This document shows, in pieces, positions 49,602-58,439 of a DNA stretch of 64,000 nucleotides (positions are counted from its first letter, which is position 1; the number at the start of each line of letters is the position of its first letter). Location: the IMG/VR virus record IMGVR_UViG_3300042389_001478, positions 96,001 to 160,000 of that record. The stretch is one strand, 5' to 3'. Both the position numbers and the translations under genes were made by a program. The notes beneath the pieces were generated by a model. It did not search any database. It worked only from the letters and a program-made list of their open reading frames with translations, and was not told the origin of the DNA. The DNA comes from a virus.

Positions 49602-50285
49602 TTACCCTTTTGATAAAATTTTATTGCCTTTTTTAATATTGTCTATTGCCCACAATGGCTGTAGATTGGTATAATGAAAACAAATTTGTTGTTGGGTCTG
49701 ATCAGTTAAATCAAAAGTGGAACAAGGAATAATATGATCTACATGCCATCCATCCTGACCATAATTATCCCAAGTCATGCCTTCTAAAAATTTACTTTCT
49801 ATATATGTTCTTAGAAACTGAGCCGAACAACCTAACAAATCCAGTGTTTTATCTGTTTTGTGCGTTTTTAATATGCCACTAATTCGTGTTCTTTGGTTTG
49901 TGATTAATCTATACGAGTGATCTATTTTCCTTCTAAATTTTTCTCGATTTCTTCTATAAGCATTAATTTTATCTTTATTATTAATCTTGTATTTTTTAGC
50001 TGTTACTAAAATTTTATCTTTATTTTTTATTTTATATAGATTGCTTTTTTCTCTCATCTTTTCAAGATTATTCTGATAATAAATTTTAGCTTTTGCCGCT
50101 CTTGTTATTGAGTTTTGTTTTCTCTGCTTGGATATACGGTCTTTATTCTTCTCTCTATATATTTTATTAGCATCTTTTACACAGCTTTTACAATCCCATC
50201 GTTTACCATCTAAGGCTTTAGTAGCCGTTGAAAAATCTTCTAATGGTTTTGATTCTTTACATTTAGAACAAACTTTTAACAACAC
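49602..50285 (-). CDS. HNH homing endonuclease
   Basis: N-terminal CSKC...CKSC; basic repeats; WHVDHIIPC...FHYTNLQPLW...N. Confidence 0.85.
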   Translation of the reverse strand: MLLKVCSKCKESKPLEDFSTATKALDGKRWDCKSCVKDANKIYREKNKDRISKQRKQNSITRAAKAKIYYQNNLEKMREKSNLYKIKNKDKILVTAKKYKINNKDKINAYRRNREKFRRKIDHSYRLITNQRTRISGILKTHKTDKTLDLLGCSAQFLRTYIESKFLEGMTWDNYGQDGWHVDHIIPCSTFDLTDQTQQQICFHYTNLQPLWAIDNIKKGNKILSKG

Positions 50286-50776
50286 TATTTACTTCCTAAA
50301 TTACAAGCCCAAGCTAAAGCATTAAGACCTTCTACGGCTTTAGCTCTTAGCTCTTTGGATAAAAGAATTTGGTCGTCACCGATAGCTGATACTACCACTT
50401 CTTTAGTTTCTTTTGCCAGATTAGGATACTTTCCCTTAATATCTAGTCTAAGCATAACTCCAGTTAAGCTATTTGCTTGACGAATTTCTTCAGTACTTTT
50501 AATAACCTCATCTTGTCCATCAAGCTCAACAAGCTTTGCTAGATCAATATATAAGTCTCTTAATCTTTTAGCGTCTGTTTTAGCTCCAGCTTCTTTTAGA
50601 AGAGCAACAACATCATCTGCTTCTTTTTTAACAGCTTCGTCTGTTGGTGCTGATAATTCTAAAACATCTACTGTTACTGGTTTGTTTGGAACAAGAATAT
50701 TTGCGAACTGAGGTTTAAGCAAACCAATAATAATCAATAAAGTAGCTAGTCCTAGTAGTACATTTTTTTGACTCAT
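50285..50776 (-). CDS. N-terminally membrane-anchored helical protein
   Basis: VLLGLATLLIIIGLL followed by an amphipathic helical domain. Confidence 0.6.
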   Translation of the reverse strand: MSQKNVLLGLATLLIIIGLLKPQFANILVPNKPVTVDVLELSAPTDEAVKKEADDVVALLKEAGAKTDAKRLRDLYIDLAKLVELDGQDEVIKSTEEIRQANSLTGVMLRLDIKGKYPNLAKETKEVVVSAIGDDQILLSKELRAKAVEGLNALAWACNLGSK

Positions 50777-51159
50777 GATACCTTATCCTCATTTTTTTGG
50801 CATACGTTGGGGCTTAAAAATGGAAACATTTGATCAGCAACCTTAACCGCTTCAGCACAACCGCTCTGAACAGCTAAGTCACGAGTTTGTTTCCACGAAA
50901 CTACTAATTTAAAAAAGATATCTTCAGCATCGGTTCTCTTGGGAACAACCACTGGGGATACTGACGGCACCGTAACTACTGGTAAGGCAGAACCACCGGC
51001 GCCCTTGATCTTATCGACTAAGCCCACAAGGAGTTTTTGTACTGGACTAAGCTTATCCTTAAACAAAACCCATAGTACAAGACCAACACCGGCATAAAGA
51101 GCCAAATCCGTTGTGCTCAATTTACTACTAAATTCTTGGAAGCTCTCTGTAAAATTCAT
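50773..51159 (-). CDS. Single-pass membrane protein
   Basis: LALYAGVGLVLWVLF. Confidence 0.6.
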   Translation of the reverse strand: MNFTESFQEFSSKLSTTDLALYAGVGLVLWVLFKDKLSPVQKLLVGLVDKIKGAGGSALPVVTVPSVSPVVVPKRTDAEDIFFKLVVSWKQTRDLAVQSGCAEAVKVADQMFPFLSPNVCQKNEDKVS

Positions 51160-51173
51160 TTTATTTTCCTCGT

Positions 51174-51605
51174 TTATTTATCTGAAACTTTTGGAGTATT
51201 ATCAACGACAGGATCGAGTTTGGCGCTTGGATCGACAAAAATTCCACTATTTCTAAAAGTGGTAACCAAAGCATCAATTGTTGCGCTAATCAATAACATG
51301 AAAATTTGTTTCACGTACTTCTGTATAATAGGCTGTAGAATCTGTGGCACAAATGGAAAATTTATTATTGTAAATACTTGGTCGTAAAAGTTAGAGATCA
51401 TAGTCATAGCCAACGTTTTTTTGTCAGCCCCTTTAAGAGAGGGACTATTATCTTCTATACTCTGAATCACTTCTGCTGTAGCTAGTTGCAAAACTTTCCA
51501 CGCTTGCGGGATTGCTACTGCTTTGGCGTTTTTAAGGACTTCCTTAGCTTTAACTACTAAATTACCAAGATCATTTACTGACAGGCTTTGGTTTTGTGTT
51601 GACAT
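51174..51605 (-). CDS. Hypothetical helical protein (lysis-module candidate)
   Basis: Intact ORF with a hydrophobic C-terminal stretch, inside the membrane-protein block. Confidence 0.5.
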   Translation of the reverse strand: MSTQNQSLSVNDLGNLVVKAKEVLKNAKAVAIPQAWKVLQLATAEVIQSIEDNSPSLKGADKKTLAMTMISNFYDQVFTIINFPFVPQILQPIIQKYVKQIFMLLISATIDALVTTFRNSGIFVDPSAKLDPVVDNTPKVSDK

Positions 51606-51903
51606 TTTTCTTTCTCTTTTTTCTTAATGGTTCAGCGTTCTTTTTATTGGCTTCTTTTCTCTCTTCTGGAGTTGCCGTATCCCACCAGGTTTTCTTAAGG
51701 TTTGTTCTTCCATTAATATATTTAAATAATACTGTTAGTTGTCCAATAATGAGTATCGTTGCTTCTACTCCTCTGGTAGTTTCTTGAATTAGATCTTCTT
51801 TTTGGGCATTCTCGCCTATAAGACCAACAAGATATAGTCCACTAAAAATGAAGCTTACAGCGGTAAACCAAAATTCTGAACTTTTCCAACCGGGTTTGAT
51901 CAT
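51571..51903 (-). CDS. Holin-like membrane protein
   Basis: KPGWKSSEFW followed by hydrophobic helices and a highly basic C-terminus. Confidence 0.55.
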   Translation of the reverse strand: MIKPGWKSSEFWFTAVSFIFSGLYLVGLIGENAQKEDLIQETTRGVEATILIIGQLTVLFKYINGRTNLKKTWWDTATPEERKEANKKNAEPLRKKRKKNVNTKPKPVSK

Positions 51904-51953
51904 AATAGTTTATCTCCTATTTTAAAGACTGCTATTATATACTATATACACCT

Positions 51954-52649
51954 CTACAAGATCTTATCTGATTTAGCAATATTCAAATCCCACCACAACG
52001 GCTGCATATTAGTATAGTGAAAACAAATTTTTTGCTGTTCTGGATCAGAAAGGTCAAAACTGGCGCATGGAATTATGTGGTCAATATGCCATCCTTTGGG
52101 ACCATAGACTTCCCAGTTCAGTCTAGGGTCTTTATAGAATTGTGATTCCAGATGTTGTTTAAACTCTTCAATAGAACAACCCAATAATTCTGTTGTGGCT
52201 TGAGACTTATAGTACCCTTTAATACTAGCTACTATTCTTTTTTGTAAGATACTTCTTAACCTATAAGAAAGATCAGTATAATATTTTTTATGCTGCCACT
52301 TATTTGCGCTTTGTCTAATTTTTTCTTTATTATTAATCCTATAATCTTTCATATACCCAGGCTTATTTAGTCTTTGTTCTTTCTGATAAGCTAGCTTAGT
52401 TTCTCGTTGTCTTGAATATCTTTGTTTATCTATTATTTTATTGTGTTCTTTATTTTGAATTTTATAGTCTTTGGATTTTTTTATTCTATCTTCTCTATTG
52501 CTAATATATCTATTGTGCTGATTAATTTTATCACAATACTTACACTGAGCTAGTTTGCCGTATTTACCAGTTTTACTATTTGGAAAATCGTTCAGTTGTT
52601 TTGTAATATTGCATTGATTACATGTTTTTGTTTGAGTCATAATAAACAC
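51954..52649 (-). CDS. HNH homing endonuclease (paralogue of 49602-50285)
   Basis: CNQC...CKYC; WHIDHIIPC...FHYTNMQPLW. Confidence 0.85.
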   Translation of the reverse strand: MFIMTQTKTCNQCNITKQLNDFPNSKTGKYGKLAQCKYCDKINQHNRYISNREDRIKKSKDYKIQNKEHNKIIDKQRYSRQRETKLAYQKEQRLNKPGYMKDYRINNKEKIRQSANKWQHKKYYTDLSYRLRSILQKRIVASIKGYYKSQATTELLGCSIEEFKQHLESQFYKDPRLNWEVYGPKGWHIDHIIPCASFDLSDPEQQKICFHYTNMQPLWWDLNIAKSDKIL

Positions 52650-52658
52650 GGTTTAGTA

Positions 52659-52881
52659 TTATACGTTTTGGTCAACAAATCCGAAGCAAACTGTGCAGTA
52701 ATATTCGTCGGCACCATAGTTGAACGTCACGCCACTCATTGTTCCGTCGATTCTGATAATATTGAATCCTTCTTCTCCAACAAATTGTGTGTTTAGACGG
52801 ATCATCCATAAATAAGAAAACGTCATCTGAGCTTAGACTGCCACTACCTTCTGGAAATTCGTTTATTCTTTGAATACTCAT
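52659..52881 (-). pseudogene. Internally deleted / frameshifted fibre-like gene
   Basis: N-terminal MSIQRINEFPEGSGSLSSDDVFLFMDDPS is joined out of frame (+1) to a protein-like tail LNTQFVGEEGFNIIRIDGTMSGVTFNYGADEYYCTVCFGFVDQNV* (52796-52659). Confidence 0.6.
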
Positions 52882-53102
52882 TATCCACCTACTACTGTTT
52901 GGTTGCCTACTAATTCGACGAAAATACCGTTATAGAATCTATAACCATATTTAGAAGCTATGTCAGATATAGCTGGCGTATTTTTGACAGCATTGTTGCT
53001 AACAGAATATTCACCTGTAAATGTTGTAGATGTTACTAGTGTTCCATTTTTGATAGGATTAGCACTAATTGATTTTGAAATATCTGTAAAAGGTCTTGCC
53101 AT
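52881..53102 (-). CDS. Small hypothetical (possibly structural) protein
   Basis: 73-aa ORF with SD GGGAG; coupled to the downstream gene by TAATG. Confidence 0.6.
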   Translation of the reverse strand: MARPFTDISKSISANPIKNGTLVTSTTFTGEYSVSNNAVKNTPAISDIASKYGYRFYNGIFVELVGNQTVVGG

Positions 53103-53153
53103 GTTTTTCTCCCAATTAAAAGGTTATTATTTTAAATATACACTACTAGGATT

Positions 53154-53468
53154 CTAGTTTCTATCTATTCTTTCTTCCAGTGTTTCGAGAGTTTTGGTTA
53201 GTATAGTTATCTGAATTCTAAGTTCATTCATAACTTCACTATTTCTTTGTAATGCTGTAGCAAAAGCAGTCTGATTTTCTTTATTACTAGCTAATCTTTC
53301 CATAATAAACTGTCTATCTTGCAGATATGGAGAGTGGGTTTGTATTAGATTTTCTATTTCGGATTTTGTAACCATATTCCGTACTACGGTAGCCCAGAAT
53401 GTAATTAGTGTTACAATAATACCAAAAGCCGTAGTTGCTAATATTTGCCAGATATGACTTTCGTGCAT
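53154..53468 (-). CDS. Membrane-anchored coiled-coil protein
   Basis: TM ILATTAFGIIVTLITFWATVV, heptad C-terminus; SD GGAG. Confidence 0.65.
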   Translation of the reverse strand: MHESHIWQILATTAFGIIVTLITFWATVVRNMVTKSEIENLIQTHSPYLQDRQFIMERLASNKENQTAFATALQRNSEVMNELRIQITILTKTLETLEERIDRN

Positions 53469-53481
53469 AAGTATTCTCCAT

Positions 53482-53523
53482 TAACAACAAAAGCCACAGA
53501 CACTCTAGGTGTAAGTGGCCTTT
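53482..53523 (-). terminator. Rho-independent terminator-like hairpin
   Basis: Minus strand AAAGGCCAC-tt-ACAC-ctaga-GTGT-ct-GTGGCTTT, then TGTTGTT. Confidence 0.5.
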
Positions 53524-53547
53524 GGTGCTTAAAATTTAAATTAGAAA

Positions 53548-54090
53548 TCAAGATTCAGATGGATAATTCTGACCGAATGGTACAGGCTGGCCGAGCTTGT
53601 ATACGATTTGACCTGGGACGCCTCTTGTTGGTGTGGCGGCATTATCTGTTGCTAATGAGTCAACAGCTACTACCGGATATCCAGCTTCGAATTGGCCAGT
53701 AGATCTGTTATACTTGTTAGCCCTAATTGCTGTGGTAAATCTGCGTGTTCTGAGAACTCTTAGAGGATGAATACCCTCAACTAATGATGGAACATTAGCA
53801 CCGCTTTGTAAAGCATTGTTGCTAACACCAGCTAGTGTAGTGGTATATCTCATTCCCACGCCATCCCTGTCATTATAGGCAAATGCGCCAGCAGTTACAG
53901 CCTTATTTGCCCAACTGTTATCAATAACTGTTGAAGCAAATACTTCTGTATTGTATCTTGAGACAGATACGGTTGACAATGTGCTTGAAGAACCTGTTCT
54001 AGCAGCAGAACCGTGATTATTTTGGGCGCCACTAGCTTTTCTATTTGGAGGAATAGTATATGATGAACCGTTAACTTTTGCTGTTGCCAT
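53548..54090 (-). CDS. Ala/Ser/Thr/Gly-rich putative virion structural protein
   Basis: Start MATAKV at 54090 after SD GGAG; composition typical of small capsid/tail proteins. Confidence 0.5.
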   Translation of the reverse strand: MATAKVNGSSYTIPPNRKASGAQNNHGSAARTGSSSTLSTVSVSRYNTEVFASTVIDNSWANKAVTAGAFAYNDRDGVGMRYTTTLAGVSNNALQSGANVPSLVEGIHPLRVLRTRRFTTAIRANKYNRSTGQFEAGYPVVAVDSLATDNAATPTRGVPGQIVYKLGQPVPFGQNYPSES

Positions 54091-54137
54091 GGTAATCTCC
54101 ATTGTGTTAGAAAACTATTATTAGTATACCCTAAAAC

Positions 54138-54791
54138 TTAAGAAGACTGATTATTTTTAGACAATAATTTTAAAGCATTAATAGAATTAACCTTCATACC
54201 ATACAAATTGCCCTTATTTATATTATTAATTTGGCCAATATTCCAGATATTGCCATTGCAAATGATATTAATTGGGACTTTTTTGTTTATCAGTGCTGAC
54301 GCCAAAATATTATCGCTAATATCGTCTAATTGATATCCAGTAGAAGGATATATTGTATGTACTCCAAGGTCTAATAAAATTTGAGATACTTTATAGAGCA
54401 ATTCATATGTAAACACCCTATATTCTAAAGTATATCTTAATTCTACGGCATATTTATTACAAATCTCCAGATTGCTTTTAATATCATCTCTAAATTTGTC
54501 ATATTTTCTATTGCAAAAATAGTATGGCTGGGCAACTATATTAATAATTTGTGCTCCAGATTTGATGGCTGACTCTATCGCCTGATTTCGGTTTTTGGTA
54601 TCCAAAACCCCAAGAGGATAATCAATAACAGTTGAGACTAAAATATCTTCTGGCACAAGATTTTTGGTAATCTTGATATGAGGAGGTAGTAAGCAAATAG
54701 TTTTAGGCTTAAATACTATTGCTTTTTCTATGCTCTGTTTTATTTCTTGATCAGATAATGAGACGTCATATGTTGAAAATTCTATGATCAT
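54138..54791 (-). CDS. Deoxyribose-phosphate aldolase (DeoC)-fold protein lacking catalytic lysines
   Basis: STVIDYPLG (cf. CTVIGFPLG); YPSTGY (cf. KTSTGF); ICNGNI (cf. KASGGI). Confidence 0.75.
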   Translation of the reverse strand: MIIEFSTYDVSLSDQEIKQSIEKAIVFKPKTICLLPPHIKITKNLVPEDILVSTVIDYPLGVLDTKNRNQAIESAIKSGAQIINIVAQPYYFCNRKYDKFRDDIKSNLEICNKYAVELRYTLEYRVFTYELLYKVSQILLDLGVHTIYPSTGYQLDDISDNILASALINKKVPINIICNGNIWNIGQINNINKGNLYGMKVNSINALKLLSKNNQSS

Positions 54792-55459
54792 TTTTTAAAC
54801 TTATAGGATTTAAGAGAATCTATAGTTGAGTATTTCTTATCTCCTAATACACCATCTGCAAAGCCATATTCAACAGCCTCTTGAGCTTTTAGTATCCAAT
54901 CACATTTATTAGCCAGTTGTGAAGTAATGTGTTTTTTTGCCATCATTCTTTTCCAATTTTTTAATTTAGCCATCTCGCTCTGCATACATCTGTCCGTAAA
55001 AATATCAATCATCTTATCACACTCTTGTTCATTCCATTGTATGCCAGCAGCAGCAGCCTTGCTATGTTCGGCATCTACACTGAATGATCCATAATGAATC
55101 ATAACGTTCGTATTTGGCATTAGAATTCTTAGTGGGGCAGCTTGCAGTATTACACTGCTTGAGGATTCTACTTTGGCATAGGCTAAGATAATAATTTTTG
55201 CCTTAGAAAATCTTATGGTATCATAAATACCCAAGCAGTCCTGCCAGTCTCCCCCAGGAAGATGCATGTGAACTAATATGGATTCATCTGAGAGCGTATT
55301 TAGATATCTAATATTTTTTTCAAATACTACAGCCGACCTATAATCAACACCACCTTCTTCGTCTCCGTCTAAACATGAATGCAGAAAGACTTCTCTTGTT
55401 TTTGGATTGATATTAAAGTTATGAATGTCATTTAGTTCTGTGTCGTTATTGACTACCAT
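54788..55459 (-). CDS. clpP: ClpP-family serine protease
   Basis: HLPGG; VESSSS (Ser); VMIHYGS (His); CDWILKAQEAVEYGFAD (Asp). Confidence 0.88.
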   Translation of the reverse strand: MVVNNDTELNDIHNFNINPKTREVFLHSCLDGDEEGGVDYRSAVVFEKNIRYLNTLSDESILVHMHLPGGDWQDCLGIYDTIRFSKAKIIILAYAKVESSSSVILQAAPLRILMPNTNVMIHYGSFSVDAEHSKAAAAGIQWNEQECDKMIDIFTDRCMQSEMAKLKNWKRMMAKKHITSQLANKCDWILKAQEAVEYGFADGVLGDKKYSTIDSLKSYKFKK

Positions 55460-55880
55460 GTAAGTACCTATAGGCTTGATCGTTAATTTCTTTCATTACT
55501 CTAGCATCATCAAAAACCTTTCCTATAGCTATTCTAAATCTATATCTAGTAAATACATCAAGGGTTTCAACCCCATCGGTATTCTCTATAATATCAATTA
55601 TATTCTCATTGATATTGAAGTTAGAATGACCCACCCAAAAATTAAAGATCTTGCTAGAAGCAGTATTCTCTGTGTATGGAATCAAGCCCATAGGAGTAGC
55701 TATCGCTCTCATTCTTTGGGGATGAGACATATGATCATCTATTCCTTCTGCTTCTTCTGTATTGTCGTCTACATCTTCCTGGGTAATATTAGAATCTATG
55801 GAAATCTCATCGTCTGCTCCGAAAGGGTCAAACCATTTTTGCCAAACTATTAAATTATCTTCTCCATAGACATTTCTCAT
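55446..55880 (-). CDS. Hypothetical protein
   Basis: Probable ATG start at 55880 with SD AGGA; WQKWFDPFG...TRYRFRIAIGKVF. Confidence 0.6.
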   Translation of the reverse strand: MRNVYGEDNLIVWQKWFDPFGADDEISIDSNITQEDVDDNTEEAEGIDDHMSHPQRMRAIATPMGLIPYTENTASSKIFNFWVGHSNFNINENIIDIIENTDGVETLDVFTRYRFRIAIGKVFDDARVMKEINDQAYRYLHGSQ

Positions 55881-55905
55881 TTTGATCCTATTATTAGTTG
55901 ACAAA

Positions 55906-56370
55906 CTACTTGTTCATATAGTTTTTAAATACACTAGATGGTTTAATGAATGGTTTGCTATTAATTACTTTCTCTGTTTTTTCAGTTATTTCTAGCCATT
56001 TTTCCAATACTTGATGAACAAAATATGCATCAAATGGCTCATCTGAGCCCAATACATCTGAAAGTGTTTCCACTATGTCTTTTTTTAATAGGCCATTATT
56101 TACCATAAATATCATTGTAGCATACTGACTTGCAATATCGTCTATTGAAGAAGGCTCTAGTTTTTCAAAGTTCGGCCAATAGCAAATAATATTTACTGTA
56201 CCATCATAATTTAATTGTAGACTAAGACTGCATAAATAATCTTTTTCTATTTTGGTAACAATGTTATCTTCTTTAGTCTCTTTGGATATTTCTTTAGAAA
56301 CCTCTTCTGTTTGTTCTATTTGTTCTACTTGTTTAGTAGGAAATAAAAATTGCCGTAAAAATTTAAACAT
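55906..56370 (-). CDS. Hypothetical protein
   Basis: Probable ATG start at 56370 (MFKFLRQ). Confidence 0.55.
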   Translation of the reverse strand: MFKFLRQFLFPTKQVEQIEQTEEVSKEISKETKEDNIVTKIEKDYLCSLSLQLNYDGTVNIICYWPNFEKLEPSSIDDIASQYATMIFMVNNGLLKKDIVETLSDVLGSDEPFDAYFVHQVLEKWLEITEKTEKVINSKPFIKPSSVFKNYMNK

Positions 56371-56710
56371 ATAATAATGCTTTTCTCGCAAAACGATTAA
56401 TAATAGCTAGGTTCATACTACTATAATAGCAGTTTTTGAGAGGAGTGTCAGGAGGTATAATACAAGCATAGTGTATACTAATATTTTCCTTTTGTTTAAT
56501 TACATCTATTAGTCTAGTATTTACCCACCCAAAACCAAGCGAAATATTGGTTTCAAATAAAGTCTCTATAGATTGATCTATAGATAGTTCATTAGGAGAT
56601 AAATCGAGAGAGAGCGGCACAAATCTGTTTTCTAATGCTGAGATAAAACATTTCTCGTTTTTATCAAGATCAAAAGAAACTATGTATAAATATACTGTGG
56701 TATTAAACAT
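56363..56710 (-). CDS. Hypothetical protein
   Basis: Intact ORF overlapping both neighbours. Confidence 0.55.
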   Translation of the reverse strand: MFNTTVYLYIVSFDLDKNEKCFISALENRFVPLSLDLSPNELSIDQSIETLFETNISLGFGWVNTRLIDVIKQKENISIHYACIIPPDTPLKNCYYSSMNLAIINRFARKALLYV

Positions 56711-57287
56711 ATTCTCTAATTTTTGATAAACCCTTCTGAATGTTTTGTCTAATTGCTTCTCTTGTTACGCCAAAATTTACACCAATCTCTGACAGTGTTT
56801 TATCTTCAAAATAGTACTGCTTAATCTGTTCTTTCTGTTTTTCTGAGATAAGACCGCACGACAAGATATTTTCTATATTGTCTTTTAGCATTTCTTGATA
56901 TTCATTCTTTTCTGCCATCAAAGACGGATCATACTCTGGTTTGTCTTCAATATTATCCGTAAAACTAATATCTAGATCTTTATTAAGATTGTCTAAAGAA
57001 TAGTGGTTATTTTGTTTCTTATATTTATTAGACAAATATGTTTTAATAGCCCAAATGCCACACTGATTACGGTATGAGTATTTAGTCTTAGACTTACCCT
57101 CAAACCCAGTCCTGTCCTTATCCCATCTCCAGTCTCCTATCATGATTGCGGATGCTATGTCTGCTATTGCATCTTCATTAGACAACAGTTCTTGTCTTAA
57201 TGATGAATAGAATCCTGGGGCAAATTTTGATATAATCTTTTTAGCTAAAGTTATATATGTAGACAGACTATCGTATTCTTTTTCCAT
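56703..57287 (-). CDS. Phage-encoded sigma70-family factor (short; region 2-like plus region 4)
   Basis: Region 4 HTH: ISEKQKEQIKQYY...KTLSEIGVNFGVTREAIRQNIQKGLSKIR. Divergent region 2: WRWDKDR...KTKYSYRNQCGIWAI. Confidence 0.8.
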   Translation of the reverse strand: MEKEYDSLSTYITLAKKIISKFAPGFYSSLRQELLSNEDAIADIASAIMIGDWRWDKDRTGFEGKSKTKYSYRNQCGIWAIKTYLSNKYKKQNNHYSLDNLNKDLDISFTDNIEDKPEYDPSLMAEKNEYQEMLKDNIENILSCGLISEKQKEQIKQYYFEDKTLSEIGVNFGVTREAIRQNIQKGLSKIREYV

Positions 57288-57351
57288 GGTTTATCCTTTA
57301 AAAGTCCTTAAATAAAAATAAAATTCCTTAATTAACTATCAGCAGATCAAA

Positions 57352-57798
57352 CTATTTATCTTTTGGCTCTGTTAATTTTTTCCACATTTCTGGGTCTGGC
57401 CTATCCTCGTCGCCTCTTTTGGCGGGCTTATATTTCTTGCCCTCTCTTTCTTTTTTCTTTCTGATATTGTCCCACAGTCCAGGCTTGTCTGAGGCAAAAG
57501 TATCATCGTCATCGGAAGGTACATACTTCACAAAATCGTGAATAGTTCGCATGTAATCCTCTGTGATGGCAATTTTACCCTGAAGCCAGCTCTCTGTCAA
57601 GTTTTCTCTAATTTTTGGGTCGTCAACGACATCTAGTATAGACTGAGCATGAGAAACTATAGCTTTTAAAGAACCAATATTCATCTCATAAAAATCTTGT
57701 TTATAATCTTCTAGATTATCGTTAGATGAATGTGTTTTGTTGTTAGAAATTGATACAAAGGACTGTATTGAGTCTAAAATCTGATAGAATCTGTTCAT
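57352..57798 (-). CDS. Hypothetical protein with basic C-terminal motif
   Basis: KPGLWDNIRKKKEREGKKYKPAKRG. Confidence 0.6.
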   Translation of the reverse strand: MNRFYQILDSIQSFVSISNNKTHSSNDNLEDYKQDFYEMNIGSLKAIVSHAQSILDVVDDPKIRENLTESWLQGKIAITEDYMRTIHDFVKYVPSDDDDTFASDKPGLWDNIRKKKEREGKKYKPAKRGDEDRPDPEMWKKLTEPKDK

Positions 57799-58439
57799 AA
57801 TATTCTCTCTTTTAGTTTATTAAATAAGAATTTTGTTAATTTTATTGAAGCTAGGTTATCTGAGGGATAATGTACGCCTTGTAGTATTCTCGCTTTTCCT
57901 GTGTCTTTGACCAATGAATCTAATTTTTGTTTGTTTACCGTTGGGTAGTAATATTCAATAATATGAGCAACCAAACTGCTATACACCGTATGTCCAGATG
58001 GATAAGCAGCTGTATGATGAGTATCTGTAACAATAACATCAATATTTAAATCATAATATTTGGCCAATTGTGAAGGTCTTGGTCTATTCCATAGGGATTT
58101 TACGTTTAGTACAATAGGTTTAATTATATTATAGAATTCTAATATTTTGGGTTGGGGATATTCCAAACCATATTGATTAAGCAATTCGATAAAAACACTA
58201 TCAGTATCTTGGTCTATAATTTCTACTAGCTTAGTCTCTTCAAGAGTTCTATTCAGTGTTGATCGTGATACTAACTGTAATTCCAAAAAAGTTTCCTTGC
58301 TCGTATTAGGAGGGGGAGCTTCTAAAATTTTTTTCCAATCGAAATCTACTATATCAGGAACCGGTTGTTCTATATACTCAGTACCATAACCCAGTAATTC
58401 AATTTCTTTGTATTTAATTAATGAATTAAGATTTATCAT
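57795..58439 (-). CDS. Soluble PAP2-superfamily phosphatase
   Basis: K-x6-RP (KSLWNRPRP), YPSGH and R-x5-H-x3-D (RILQGVHYPSD) all present. Confidence 0.88.
   Translation of the reverse strand: MINLNSLIKYKEIELLGYGTEYIEQPVPDIVDFDWKKILEAPPPNTSKETFLELQLVSRSTLNRTLEETKLVEIIDQDTDSVFIELLNQYGLEYPQPKILEFYNIIKPIVLNVKSLWNRPRPSQLAKYYDLNIDVIVTDTHHTAAYPSGHTVYSSLVAHIIEYYYPTVNKQKLDSLVKDTGKARILQGVHYPSDNLASIKLTKFLFNKLKERIL

Noticed and set aside
52672-52881. The 69-aa ORF as an intact gene
   Set aside because: Composition changes abruptly after DDPS and a better protein-like tail lies in another frame; treated as a deletion remnant.
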